Source: Tubiluchus corallicola
Taxonomy: Eukaryota > Animalia > Priapulida
DNA length: 64,000 nt
Direction: 5' to 3'
Assembly: GCA_030141605.1 (NCBI GenBank)
Contig: JAQGDQ010000282.1
Span: forward strand, 1 to 64,000
Shown here: positions 25,909 through 40,900 of the stretch, in pieces
How positions within the stretch are numbered: the first letter of the stretch is position 1
Layout of the letters: every line of letters starts with the position of its first letter
The notes under the pieces: model-generated
Told to the model about the DNA's origin: nothing
Databases searched by the model: none
Seen by the model: only the letters and a program-made list of their open reading frames with translations
Made by a program: the position numbers and the translations under genes

Positions 25909-28900
25909 TTATTTCTTAACAGTCCAATGTGACTTTGTTTTTGTCATAACTGTGGGTTTTGGTCTGTATTTTACGTTAAATTGTTGAGAAGCCGTCGGAA
26001 TTCGTGGCGGATGTAGATGCTGTGTCGCTCGGAATCGTTTTCCGCCGATCTCAATCTCAAATTTTGCAGACGGATCAGTGATAAATTCTGGTGGAAATAT
26101 TTGTCGTTGCCGAGTAGTCGGATGAAAGTCATGAACAGCGCCCAGGCACACCATCCTATGAAGAGTGAATCCATAGCAGGTGCTTCTTGTTAGACCAACG
26201 TATTTCCCTGGAAATTAAAAACAACTACGGCATAAAACATTGCTATTAACAGAGAGATTTTTCGAATATGTTCAAACTTCCTCAAGAAAACTGAAAATTT
26301 AATACACAATGTAATAATATAACAAACTTTTTCAAATACCACTTTCCCGATCATTCACTTATTGATGCACAGGCTCTTCATTAATTATCAGGTGATAAAC
26401 TAATTAACTGACTAAACAACCTGCCAAACATTCAAACTTTTCTGGATTGCTTCCCAGATCAGAGTAAAATTGCTCACCGTTCCTGTAGATCGGTTCTCCT
26501 CCCCAAGGCCACTGGTCACGGTCCATATCATGACCTTCCAAATGAAACTGTACAAGTCTACGAGATATGCCCTGTTCCTTTTGTCGCAGCAAGGCACCTT
26601 TGCCAATAAACGTTGATTTCTAAATACAAAAAACTTACTATTAGCAAATATCAGGGGTGTTCAAGATGAGGGTTGCTATGATCCTGACCCTGAACTTCGA
26701 TCCCAAACTTTCTTCAAACCCCAAATCACCTTCCTGAACATTCAGTCCTGTCCTGAACCCAGTTCTTGAACTTCTGATCCCGACATGACCTTGAACTTCA
26801 AAAGTTTACACTATGATGGACATGAAGAAAAATGAAGTTATTTATCAAGTTATATATATCACTTAAATTTTGTGAGAACATATTGTTTATTAAGATTTTG
26901 TTAACCATAACTGCATCATGCTTCTGGTAGGGAGTATTTGCAATAATGTTGGAACAATTTACAAAAAATATTGTTTCATTTTTGTCTTACAATACTGCTA
27001 CTACTATTTTTCCTGAATAAACATTGCCCAAGCAGATAATGTGTCTTACTGTATATAGTTATTCTTGTTATTCTTTCTAACAATTGTTTTCACTTCATAA
27101 CAAGATAATTACTGTTACGTATACTTATCGTAGTGAAGTGTGCATGTTTATGGCAGGGAGACGCCACAGAGACATGAGAAATACACTTATTGCTACTACA
27201 TGACCGTCAACAAACATTTTATCAATTTCAAAGTTATTTCTTAGCTCTATTTACTAATATCCGTAATTATGTTTCTGGTTCCGGGTCAGGACCTCCGATC
27301 CCTCTAGTGTCATAAAAAATCTAATATTTAATTATTATCACAACTACGTAACACACTATTGTAGGTTTTTGTCGTTGCTATCGTGTATTGTTCTTATTTT
27401 TTCAAATTTCCATTTCTTTCATTTTTGTATTATTCCAAATGCTTGAAATTTCATTCATTTAGTTCGCGTGTTGAATAGCAGTCGTTCATGTATTTCACTC
27501 GAGCATCATGTATTGTGTACCAAACATTGCTCCATTTACCTGAAATTTGACTCGAAAAATGGCACCAGTTTCCCATGGTGTGGTCCATCTGTCAAAGTCC
27601 TCACCCCAAAGCGTGTGGAATTTTTCTATGCGCAGAAAGCGCACAGCTTGGTAGCCAGCATTGATGATACCATAATCTCTGCCTACCGTCATTAAACTTT
27701 CATAGATGTGTACTGCAAGCTATAAAAAAGTATAGTTCATTAACAACCTATGAAACCAGCCAATAAAACGAATGGGTAACCAAAGTCAGGTGACCAGCTT
27801 ATCTACTACCAACTAGCCCGAGTATCCAACGAACCAAATGTGAACCCATCAGTAATCAACCAACATTTCTGCCATTTACCTACCAGTCAACCAAAAAATG
27901 AATCAACCGACTGGCCAACAAACACAACAGTCAACCAGCCCAACCAATCAACCAGTAACAAACCGGCTAGCAATCACTCAGCCACACTAACTGTCCAGCA
28001 AATCAACTAATCAATCAGCCAACCAACCAGCTAGCCAGTTAATTAACCAGCCAACCAACTAACAAACAAATACGCCACCACATAAACTATGATAATAATC
28101 ATAAGATGTATTTCATAATCATAAGAAAGACATGTATTTCAGGCAAAACATTGGCTACCTCATTTGGCACATAAAGTGTCCACCCTGGTTCTCCAGAATG
28201 AGTCATGTGCATTGCCTTTATACCACCAGCCAAACCTACATCTATTAGCTAGAAAAATACAACAAATCAAATTTCTGTGAAAAACAAAACATTGAAAAAC
28301 AGAACAATGACATTTTAAGAAATTTGTGATAAACTCTTTAAACAAAGTTTTATTTTCGATATATTTCAATTAAATAATGCTTTAAATACTATAGTAATAA
28401 GTGATGCATAAATTTGTTTTATGCTCATCAGATGAAAGGAGAAAGAGAAAAAAGAAAAGCCGATAAAAATGCAATTAAAAATTTAGATTGATGCTTTAAT
28501 AATTTTCTTACTTCCCCATAGAAAAAACTCTAGTAACTGAGCACAGGCTCTTAATAGAAATGAAAGCATTTTAATTATTTTTACGATATATATATAATTG
28601 CTGCTTGGCAACCTAATCTGATATGTCAGTAGCAAATATAGCCATACTCATAGCTGCATATTTTCATGAGTAACGTGAAAAAAAGGCTAAAAAGTAGTTT
28701 ATTAAATTTTTGTAGGCTAACACGGATATGTAAAAAACATGAGATACCTGATAAGAAAAATATGGAAATTTATCAATGTCAGCATCAGTGAGCAATTTCA
28801 GCACTTCGTTAGATTTGGGTCCGATTAAATTCATGACAGTAAATTTAGATGACACGTTATTGATCATGACAGAGTTATCTTCGGGTAGATGTTTCTGGAT

Positions 28901-31900
28901 CCATTCCCAAGAGTGAGTCAGTTGTGAAGTAGGAGAGATCATGAAATACCTGTAAAAGAACTTTGTGATTCACCCAAAAAACTGTATAAGCTAAAAGAAA
29001 AGGATGCAGCAGCAATAGCACTAGGGATGTATGTATCAATAGGCTAACTAGGCTGCAGACTAAGGTGCCAGATTTTAGGAGCCCAGGGTTAAAAAAAATT
29101 TTGAACTCCTCAGCAAATGCATATGCTTTCATATTCATATAAAGCGAGAATTTCGTAACACACAACAAGCAGTCCGCTTTTTTTAAATGAAACCCAACAA
29201 ACAAGTACAAATGTTACATAAAAGATACTACGCCACAAACAAATATAGATAGGGAATAATTTTCGGTGTTGGGCAATTTGGTGAAAAATATGATAATTTG
29301 GCAGGAAATATGATAATTTTTAGTCTTCAATACAATAATCAGCATCATACAAAATGGCAACATTTGTAGTTAACAATGACCTCATAGATACTAGGTTATA
29401 GAGGAACTAATACAACACAAGTAATTGTGCATTGCACTTCATGTATAAGCAATCATAAATCCATAATAGAGATAAGTAGGATTGAACTATCAGTCTGGCG
29501 CATCATAATGTCATGATGACAAGGACACAGACTCACAGATAACACAAAACACGGATCACTCTATGGAATGCTACCCCATGAATTATTTTCCTTACAATTT
29601 TTCATAGTCCATTCTGTGACTGTACTGAGACTGATAACTTTCTGAAAAGACATTTTAATTTCGATTCTTTATCAAAAAATATAGGCGAAAGAGTTGACAA
29701 ATCACCTTTCTTCTGTCAGCAGTTATTTCTGTTTCTCATAACACAAAATCTTCAACAAAATATATTTTCTTTCCCAGGTCAAACTTTAGATAACCAAACC
29801 TAAAACTAAGACTGATAGCTAACCGGTGGAAATTTCTATATAAAGTAGTACAAAAATAACTTTCAATGAGATAGACTGTTGTCAGTAATGAATAAATATT
29901 ATTTTTTGTTTGCAAACCATCAAATTGTGATGCAAACTAATCAGCAGTGAGAATCAAATTTTCCAAATTTAGTCCCTTTGGGGTCAATATATTTTAACTA
30001 CATGTAACAAAACATATATTCACAAAACAGTGTATTATATAACACAATAAACAACACTTGAAAAATCTTCATGCATGAACGGATGACCTGTTTTGTGCTG
30101 TCCGTACAATGCTGCAGTCATTCTCATAACCACCATGATGGTTCAGCATCCCTGTGTGAACGATAGCACCCGGAGGCACATCTACATCATTGGCACAAAT
30201 GTATTGAAGCAATTTCACAACTTCGTCGCCACGAGACTACAAAGCAAACAGAGCACGTTAAAATATGAAAAGCAACAAACAGATTACCAAGCAATAAATA
30301 AAAAGTGGATAAACTAAAAGATGCTCAATACAAGTGCAGGTGCATGATATCATATGAAATCACTACGGTCAAAAATTCATTTTAACATTTCTGACATTAT
30401 GACTTTGACACTTGGTCTTTTGAATCAAAAGGCAATTTGTTACTTTGCCGATACTAGCCATATCTATCCCTGTACTAAGCTTGATGCATAGTTAGGTAGT
30501 AAAGATGGTACACAGTTCCATCCGTTTTGACTTATTGCAGATGCACAGACGCAACTACCCATGCACCCACGGTTGGTGTGGGTGCAAGGCAAAAACACTC
30601 AGTAAAATGCATCGTAAATGTAATTCGTCACCAAATGCATATTCTTTCTCCCATTGATTATCAACAAAGATAATATATGTGTATAAAAAAACAATTCTAA
30701 TAAATGAACACAAGTGATTTACTAATACCCTTGACTGACACTGACAAAAAATTGGTAAACAGGCTGCAAGCACTGAGTAAAACAAATGCAGAGAACAGTG
30801 TTTGCCCACCAACTACAAATTTACTAAACAAATGGTCTCCAAAGATGTCCTGTAGACTTGCACAGTTTTTGACAAAGCACTGATTGTCGAGATTTTTATA
30901 ATTAAAGATTTTACATTTTTTAGCAGTTAGCGGCACATTGAATTAAATTTCTAAAAATGTGATAATTGTAGAATGAGGCTGAACAATGACGCTTCTTTCA
31001 GTATTATGTATATATATATATAAAATCAATATAGTAAAAAGCACAAAATTCAAAAAATATATTCACCCAGAGTTCAAATTTCGACAAAGATGACATGTCA
31101 ATAAGACAGACCCCTTCTCGGCATGCATGATACTCTGCTTCGACATCATCAAACCATTCCGGCTTCCCGAATGTTTCTTGTTTTAATGGTTTTTCCTGTA
31201 GCTCTGCAGTAAAATGACAAATTAAACAAAGCTGTTAATTAACTGAATTGTGTTAACTGCCTCACATCTCTAAAAACCAATCAGCACTTGCAAATACCAA
31301 CACTTACAAGCACGGTACATGCATAATATTAACATAGTAAAATAATATTACTTTTATGTGATAAAAACTGCATATGTTAGTTAGTATACAAAACAATGCT
31401 ACTGTACATGACATACATAAGGGACACAGATGATATTCCATTTTACTGAAGTAGATATGATTTATACAGGCGGTTTAAGTGACTCTGTAACTAGAAAAAT
31501 TATCTCCAGCTCAGATAAAACGAAACTGTTTCTTTTTGCCCCGAATTAAACTTTTTGCCACTTCAAAGTGGATAAAAACAAGTGCAACAAAACTATATGA
31601 AATCATTATAAGAAATATATATGATTGAAAAACTAAAAATACAATCTCCAGTACATGATACTGTACACAATAAACATAGTTCGCATGTATGCTGTTTATG
31701 AAATTATATGAGTAGGTGGCTTGTAACACTGATGAATTAATCTGCCGAATGCTTACCTGTATCATCGGTAAACCACATAGGCCGTTCAAAACCCATTCTG
31801 TCTATGTAAACTGCACCATTTTCTTTTAGAGTAGTGTGCAGTGTAGAGGTTCGAAGATTCCTTCCTGTTCTATGCTCTAGAAATGGGTAGTTTATGGCAT

Positions 31901-34900
31901 AATGGCGACCTAAAAACAATAAAGAAAATGAAAATTTAATATTATAGCAAGTAACTGCATAGTTTACCTGTAATTTATAACATACCAAATAATGGCTAAA
32001 TTACCTCTGTTGATATTTTTTAGGTTCAGTGACTCATCTTAATGGCTTAGCAAAGTTCTAAGGTAATGAGCCAGGTTCTGGTATTGCCACAAGCATTAAT
32101 GTTAAATAAGTCTTGTTACCTAGGGCAGGATTCCAACTTGTTGTGCACCAAATTGTACACTGTACCAAAAATTTAAAAACTGAAACTAATTATAATTTTT
32201 AATCCTGGTGAAGACTTCCAATTTTCAAATTTTCATCGAACACTTGAGCTATAACAAGTTAAATTACAAGTATGTACATTTAATTTTGACAAGCATAAAA
32301 TGTTTAGATGACGTTAATGTCTTTTTGACTTGTCCAGACACATTTTAATTTTGTGAAAAAAGTTGGCATTTCATACTTAGTGCCAGCCTGGGTAATAAAA
32401 TCAAACTGTTGATAATAGAGTGATTTGCAAGAAATTTTGTAAATTAAAGTAACACGTGGAAAGTTATACATAAAACTGTGGTATTGCTTTGCCTTAATAG
32501 GTCAAAATTTGTTGCAACTATTAAATCATTTAAATTTTATGTGACAAAATAATGATGTTCTTTGTTAGTGCTGACTGAGATAAGTACATAGAAACATAAA
32601 GCTGATCGAAGGACAGTGATTGAGTTCATTGTCAAAATTAAAATGACCATGCGTCAAATAATAAAATTGGCCAAAAAAAAACAACAAGAAATCACTGATG
32701 GAGTTACCAACTATTTCCGTCACTCTGTCGCTGAGATATTTGAGATTACTATGTGCTTCAAAGAACCGAGTGATTTCCAATGACCACAGGTCAGTCATGC
32801 GAGGTTCTTCCATCTGGACGATTCTCTCGGCCAACGCTTTTCCCACCCCTCCAGCAGCCGCTATGCCACCATCGCAAAAGCCAGTAGCTAGGTAGTAGTT
32901 ATTAATCTACAAAAGAAAGAAATATTTATTTATTATACAAAGCACATTTTGTCTGGCAACATAGCATTACTGGAGTGTTATTACAACAATGGCGTTTGTT
33001 AGGACTGTCATTAAAGGTGCCACACTGTGCAACACAGCAAGAACATTGTTTTTTTGCTCTATTTGCTCTATACATAAAAGTCCAGCAAAAGGTTACTTTG
33101 GAATGCATGCAAATTTTCTTTTTAACAAATGCAAAAAAGATCAGAACCAGATGATTTCAGTGAGAAGAACTTAGGCGCTTATACTTTAATCATACACCTT
33201 GGCAAAGTACATCGAAAATTTATCTTTTAAAATTACATAAATATTGTTTGTGAAAATTTATCTTTTAAAATTACATAAATATTGTTCACCTCTGGAGCTT
33301 CTCCCACTATCCATGTGCCATCCGGAGTGAAGGCTTCAGGTCCATTAATCATATTCACAGCTGGACGCGCCCCACTGGTAGGAAATCGGTAGTTAAGACG
33401 TAACAAGAGGTAGTCTAAATTGAATACAAAAAAATCATTTTATATCTTTAATTTTACATTCTTGGTGATTAAAACAAGGCAGTGATAAAAGTAATTTTTA
33501 ATATGAAAATAAAAAAAAAATAAAAAACTATTATGAAGATTAATAATCTTGGATATTTGGACATCGTGGATATTTCATTATTTTCAAGTTAGTGAAAACC
33601 CTGAAACCTCAAATCATCATTAAGTGTAAATTACTCTTTTGTTGGAAATGTTGCTGACATTTTACGTCAATAGATGAAGATACCAACATGAGCAAAGGCA
33701 TGGCTTAAATTATCTGCAAAGTTTCAACCATAACATGCTCATGATCAAGCTATTGTACCTAGTAAAATATAATGTATAAAAATCACTACTGAGGTACAAA
33801 AATCAACATTGTGAAAAGCAAAGAACTGTTTCTGTGTTATGGTTTATATCTTGTATTTGAATGTAAGGAAACAAACGGTTATTTCCGCCACCATTTCTAC
33901 CATTTCTACAGCCAATGGTCATTTTCAAGATCTAGCCACATGCGTGGTCGGTTGCTTTTAAAACAGAAATAGAATCACTGCCTGAATGCCTCTCTTTAGA
34001 ACAGAATCCCTCCTCGCTTCCGGAATGAATTATCTGCAAACATTATTCTAATGGCATCATTATCCTCTTTCACACAGGCTGTTTTCCATCATTTTACTAT
34101 CCAAGAGCATGCATTTTAAACCTTTGGCCTCGTAAACAGTTCATTTATTTTTAATATTTAATCATATTTGCAGATAATTTTTGTATTCTAAGTAAATTGT
34201 CTTAGAATATTTTATATAATTTTTTAACAATGTAATTTTTATTTTAGTTCTACGTGTCTCCATGGCACACAGTAGTAGGCACAACCTTCGTATTGATCAT
34301 TAACAAATTTAAATTCACTGTTTTGTTTTACTCATGTATGAAATGTACATATCGATTTTTGTGTCTAATAAATAAGTAAATAAATCGTTGAAACATTGCA
34401 GATGGTAGTGTTGGAATAAACAGGGAGTCTTTGCTTAAGTGGATGTTGGCAGTTCTTTACACCTTAACAATCCAATTTTCCCATCACCAATCAATTTCTC
34501 AACAGAAAATTTTCTCTTAATCTTTAGATTAAAAACAACTCATAAATCGAATTTTTACCTAGGTTTTCAAACATTCTTTAAAGGGGCTATCAATGACAAA
34601 AATATTTCCAAACCCAAAAGTTATTCTGAAGAAAAACAATGTTGGCCTTTACATAAAAATCTATACAAAGTTTACTGTAAGAAATTCTTAACGACCATTT
34701 ATAATACAAACTCAGTGGAAGTTGTAGATATATTTTTGAGAAAAGAACGTGTTCTTAAGAATGTCCAAGATTTTCCTTTCAACAACATTTTTTGCTAATT
34801 CTTAACAGATGTTTTAAACTTTATTAACTTAGCCAATTATGCTTCTAAGCCACTTTTGGATATAAGATAAGTGAGAACAATTGCAGGAATTTTATACCTG

Positions 34901-37900
34901 TCACATGATAAATGATTCTGATAAATTTATGAGATATGAACCCTATCAAAACATACTAAAATGCTCCCAGTCCTCAGGAAGAGCTTGAAACTGAAATGCA
35001 GGTGGTATTCCATCAGTGAAAACAAGCTTGGGATTAGCCTCGTAACCACGTATTTGCAGGCAGCCTCCAATTAATGGTTGGAATACAATGGCACCATCAT
35101 AATCTCTAATCACTGCAAAATAAAAATAAAAATACCATTAAGTAATAAATGTGTAATTTTTAGAACAGCGCTACTCGTTCATTTGTGTAACCATTTAGAT
35201 CCCTGATGTATAGTCACTAAACTAAAAGGAGTAATTTAATCAAACACTGGCACATTCATAACATTCTACTTAGAATAAAACGTTTTAACAAAATCAGGCC
35301 AAAAATGAACAATTTATAACTATGGGAACTCAAAGACCAAAGCCTGAACACCGATAAATTAAAACTATGAAACATAACCACAGATTATACTAGACAAAGC
35401 ACGGCATTCATAGTTAATCACATAAAACAGTAAACATTACTATCAAATATGGAATGCTCAAGGTAGAAAATTTTCCAGAAATAATTTTCAGTTTGGGCAT
35501 TTGTAAAAATCTATCAAATAGGAGCAGTTTCATATGATTACAAAGTTAATATTTTTTGTCACTTTAAACATTATTTATTACAACAAATAAATCTGCTACA
35601 AATCAAAATTATATCATTTGCCATACATGTTAAAATTCATTATGAAAACAGTAGCTAACTAAAGTCGGAACTCAAAAAGCAAATAACTGAATACACTGAA
35701 TACAATAGATGTCTCTAAATAAATGATATACAGCGACCAAAAGAGAAATTAGAAAGAAGTGCACTAACAACCAAGAAATAAAAAAATAATTTTTTTAATT
35801 AATTTGTAAAAAACTTACAATGCAAAACAACAGTATAATACAGCGATTAATCATACTGACTGGAAAATACATATACAGAATCCATTGAATACTCTGGTTA
35901 ACAGAAAATGAATAGGTAAATGTCTGAGGTGCTAATGATAGTCAAACTGGTAGAGCATTATACAAACCTGAAGTAATGGGACCGGCTTGTCGAATTTCAG
36001 TTTCTGTGGCAAGCAAGCAACAAAGTATGGACAATTAAACATATTAACAGTTTGTGTGCCACACTTAGTAAAAGATGCTCTGTTTAGTTTATGTTAGTAT
36101 CAAATGCCAGCTAGCATGCTAAGCATTACACACATTATGACACTAACGTCAAAAACAAGTTGATTACAGTTTAATTGATTTGCAATGCATGCGATACCCT
36201 TACATAACAGTTGGCAACACAGAGTCATTCATATGCACAAATGTTATTGAAACTGAAATTACAAAAGGTAAAAGAAATTTATGAAACATACGAAATTGAT
36301 ACCGAAACAGGGAAAATACACTCGAAAATAGAAAATCTGAATACAAAAGGTAGAACAATGTTTACGGTTAGAGATAATGATGCTTCAAAAAATAAATAAT
36401 TTATAAAACTAAACTTGGCTTTGTTCAAAGCACACTTTTATGTTTCAGTTGAAAGTGCCTGAAGACTTTAAAGCTTCACAGTCGTCAGCACTGAAGATAT
36501 GCCATGTTGCTGTAAAAAGCTGACTTTAACATGTACGTATAGGAAATTTTCATTTTATCTGGCCTATTTTTGCTTAAGATTTTCCAGCGGTTTTAACAAA
36601 TAGGAGAAAAGAAAAGGCAAACTGGATAAATACTACTTAAGCCTTGGAACAATACTATCGAAAGGTTTGGCTGCGACGAACTTCGACGAAAATGAAACTG
36701 AACCGGAAATGTAATTATCAGCAAACCCAAATGAAAAATTTCGTTTCGGTAACAACTCTGCTGATACGCTTCAAGTGAAGCTGCAAATACACAAACTTGT
36801 AAAATGCAGTGCTAGAAAATACACAGACAGATTCGTTTTTGTTACTGTAACACATATCAGCATGTATATTCAGTTGTTAACTAAGGCTAAACATTATGCA
36901 CACTCAGGAAAAGGCCTACAGTAACAAAAACATTTAAATAACTGCAGAAAAACATGAAACAAGAGTGTAAGTTGAATTCATATATAATATATAATATAAT
37001 ATAATATAAACAACTCCAACTCATTCTTGTCATTGCTATTAGTATATTCACTAACCTGATGTAACAAGTTCCATGCCGCTGACAGTTTTGGTTGTGACTG
37101 CAGCGTGTAGCACAGGAAGAACTGGTACTCTGACTTGGGGATTGCTTCTCTGACCTATTTCTCTTGACCACTAGAATAAATCCACGAATCATGTAATCAC
37201 AAAATCATAAACGACATACTCATTTCAGAAAAAAATTCAATTTACCAAAAACAAGTTTCGCAACAAAATAGGTAAGTCATATTAATTGATTAATTAAACA
37301 TCAGAAATTTTTTATGAAGCCAATTGCATTTTTTCAATTTTTGATAAACTATCATTTAATTAGCTTTGTCATAAATTTGAAAATCTGTGTGGTTCAAATC
37401 AGAAATAAATGTATAGTGAACCGTTTAACATTGTGTTAACTGTTCACTTCAAAACCAGTTTCAAATTCAGTTTTTTCAAAACGTGTTCAACTCACAGTCA
37501 TCAGTGATGCAGTCCTAGTACTGGTCTTAGGTAAGAAATATGTAATCTAATTTTTATTTTTTAATTATAGGCACTTAGAAACATTTATAGTTAAAACAAC
37601 ACAACTCTGTTAAAACTTTTACTTTACATAGTTAAAATCATGCCAAACTTTACAAACATACAACCAGTTTATATAGGCAGAGCCTATTATGCACTAATTA
37701 AATAACTAACAGAAGCCAAATAGGTAATGAAATGATTTCTTTATCAAGACTAAGATTTCCTTACAGGTCTGCTTATTCATTACCAATTTTGCTTATTTTA
37801 ACTACTTAATTAATGCATAATAGGCTCTGCCTAAATAAACTGGTTGTATGTTTGTATTTTTTCCACTGATGATAACAGCAGTTGTCTGCCGAAACATTTC

Positions 37901-40900
37901 GCATGATTTTAACTATGTAAAGTAAAAGTTTTAATAAAGTTGTGTTGTTTTAACTATAATTTTTATTTGTTTACAGAAAACAAAAATACAGAATAGGGAA
38001 AATTTTGCTCCCTTGGAGCTATAGTCATAGTCCTACAGGTTTCAAGTTCTGTTCTGAACACAACTCAAGACAAGACTGATTCGCCGCTCTTTAAACAGCA
38101 TTATATAGCAGCTCTATAGTAGTCTAGACAGAAATTGTTTATGGATAATACAATATGAATGCTCAATATCAAACTATTAAAAAGTTTTTTTCATTTTAGA
38201 AGATCTGCACTATTGATACTCGTGCTAAATAATACAACTTTAAAACAGTTTAAAAAAATATATGTGCTAATTAGTAAATGGAATTAATAAATTGTTAGAC
38301 AAGTATACGAAGAGCAAAAATAATACAAACCATGCCAGCACTATTAATAAATGTTTCACATTCAACAGTTCCCAAATTTGTCCTAACGCCTTTCACTCGC
38401 TGGCTTTCCACTAAAACTTCTTCTACTGTGCAGCCTTCTATGATTTTTGCACCTATAAAAACACATCTATTTGTTTCCAGTTTTACTTGAAGATGCTGTG
38501 CCAATAGGTAAGTTACATTTATTCATTGTATGGAAATTAAAAACTAACACACACAAATGTACAGTTCAGTCAACATTTTGTTGACATAAAATATTTGTTT
38601 TACTTAATATTTCAGATAACGTATCAAAATGCTATACTTAAGTTATGTATAAGAAAAAAGCATTATATCTTAATTTATTATTGCTTTATGCATGCTTTAT
38701 GACTGCTAAGAATTTTATGAAGCCGAGTTACACACACCAGCCTATAGAGAATTGAAGGCTTAAAGTTGCAAGCAAAAACCTAGCTGGTCTTTTGTAGCCT
38801 AACGGTGACTAGATAGTGTAGCAGCACATCTGATCAGGAACTCACAAGGTTCCAGGCACTGGGGAGGAGTAGCTAGGATTTTTCTTTGTCAGCCTGCTAA
38901 ATATTATAATTTTCCCAGATAGTAATGACATTAAAACCAATTAACTAGTGTAGTAAACAATTAACCTAAAAAGTGAAATGACTACTATCACTGTACTTAC
39001 AATATTCCCTTTGTGCACTTAATCTATAAAACATTAGCGACGGGAAATGAATGGTGACTTTGCGAGGAAACATAAACATTGAAAGGTCTTTTGTCTTTGG
39101 AACACAGTCAAACTAATGACTTGCCTTTTTCCTCAGCCAACTTTGCTAAAGTTTTACAGAGTTTGTTGGGATCCACAATAGCATCATTTGGTACATAAAC
39201 ACCTCCCTACAAATACAAAAAATTATAGCATTATTTGAAACAAAAGCAAGTAATTGGTAAACTTCGCTGTTTCTTTATAAATTGCTTAAAACAGAAATAA
39301 AGCTCTTGATAATTTACCTTCAAATCATTTACTTTCATTGGTGGAACCAAATGACCAATTTCTTCAGGAGTGACAAAACTGCATTCCAGCTTCTGCACTC
39401 TGAAAACATCTTTTATTGTACATTTTACTTAAATCGCAAGGAGAGACAAAAAGAGAAGGAGGATTTCTATTACAGTGTTTGTTTAAAGAAGCTTCAAATC
39501 TACCAAAAACACATTTGTACACTGAACTGGTTATAATTTAGGATGATTACGAGTGAAGCTCAGAAATATGATAGTGATGCTGAACAGTAACCTTCTTTAA
39601 AAATTTAGCTTACTTGGCTTGCCCCGCTAGCCGCCGTAGTGAGATCATCCGATTTTCAGTACGAGCTAGATTAATGCTACCTGTTTGGTGCCAACCTAAA
39701 AAAGGCAATAATTAAAAAAATAACAAAAAAGTGTGAAACGCTTAATTTCAGTTTGGTTAATTAACATATTTTTTACTTATACTTGTAAAGAAGTATCCAT
39801 AGTAAAGAAGTACTCTTGCATAAAACAATTGGTGAAGAATGCACTTTAGTGAGAAAGGACAGACAGTGCCATCCAAAATTTCCATATTTCTGTTATTTAA
39901 TTTATCAAACTTGCTTTAGGAAATTAATTTTACGAATCAGTCTAAGTGCGTGTGAATGCATATATTTATGAATGTGTATTTAAAACTATGCCTTAAATAT
40001 GCATCCAATTTAGTTTGAAATTTTAACATTTAAACTCAAAAAAAGCTCATTTAAACAGTTTTACACGGTAGTTAGCTACACAAAAAGCAGATGTGCTTGC
40101 CCACTTACCGATGTCGTAACCTTGTTCGTGCAGGCTCCGGTAGAACTCGACGCTCAGTATGCACAGCTGCCGTTCTGCTGCTTTTCGGAGACAACCGACT
40201 ACGCCAGATGACATCCATGTTACACCCCCGGATAGCCTGTGAAATGCTAATGCATGTGCACCTATTTCATACTAAGCATACCATTTCATAAAAGCATAAA
40301 GCATGCTAAGCATAAAAATGTTACGTGAACTAGACATGTTTGCCGAATAAGATGAAAGTCCACATGTAGATGATGCCAAGTTAAAGATACAAATATCTCT
40401 GCCTATACTGCAATTCTAAAGAAGTCTGATCAAACATACACTTGCCATACAAATTTCGATAGTATAGCTCTTTTTGCCATGCCACAGGACAGACAACCAT
40501 GATATATCAACAATGCTATAATGAAGTCTGTTTGGCACAATATTGTTGGAATCTTGGTAACTTGTATATATATATATATATATGCAAAACCGATCCTAAG
40601 TTCAACGACTTCAATAATTCTAATCCCTTACTGTCGAGATTTGGCATACATAGGCATGTAGACACTGCCAGTCAAACAGATACTTTAGTGACAGACAAGA
40701 ATAAAAAAATTCAAGACAGTGTGTCTGAAAATAGTACACCGGGTATGTAAACTGTATATTATGATACGTTTCAAAAACAATTTCTGTGCAGAGTGCAGCC
40801 ATGCATATGCTATGACCATTTAGACTATTTCCACTAAGCAAACCATCAAGAACAGCTTTTTTAGAAAAAAAGTGGTAATAATTTAGTAGTTACAAGAAAA

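Noticed and set aside
26652-27306. Possible MITE with CCTGAAC/CCTGACC subterminal repeats
   Set aside because: Likely a transposon, but I could not define matching TIRs or a target duplication.
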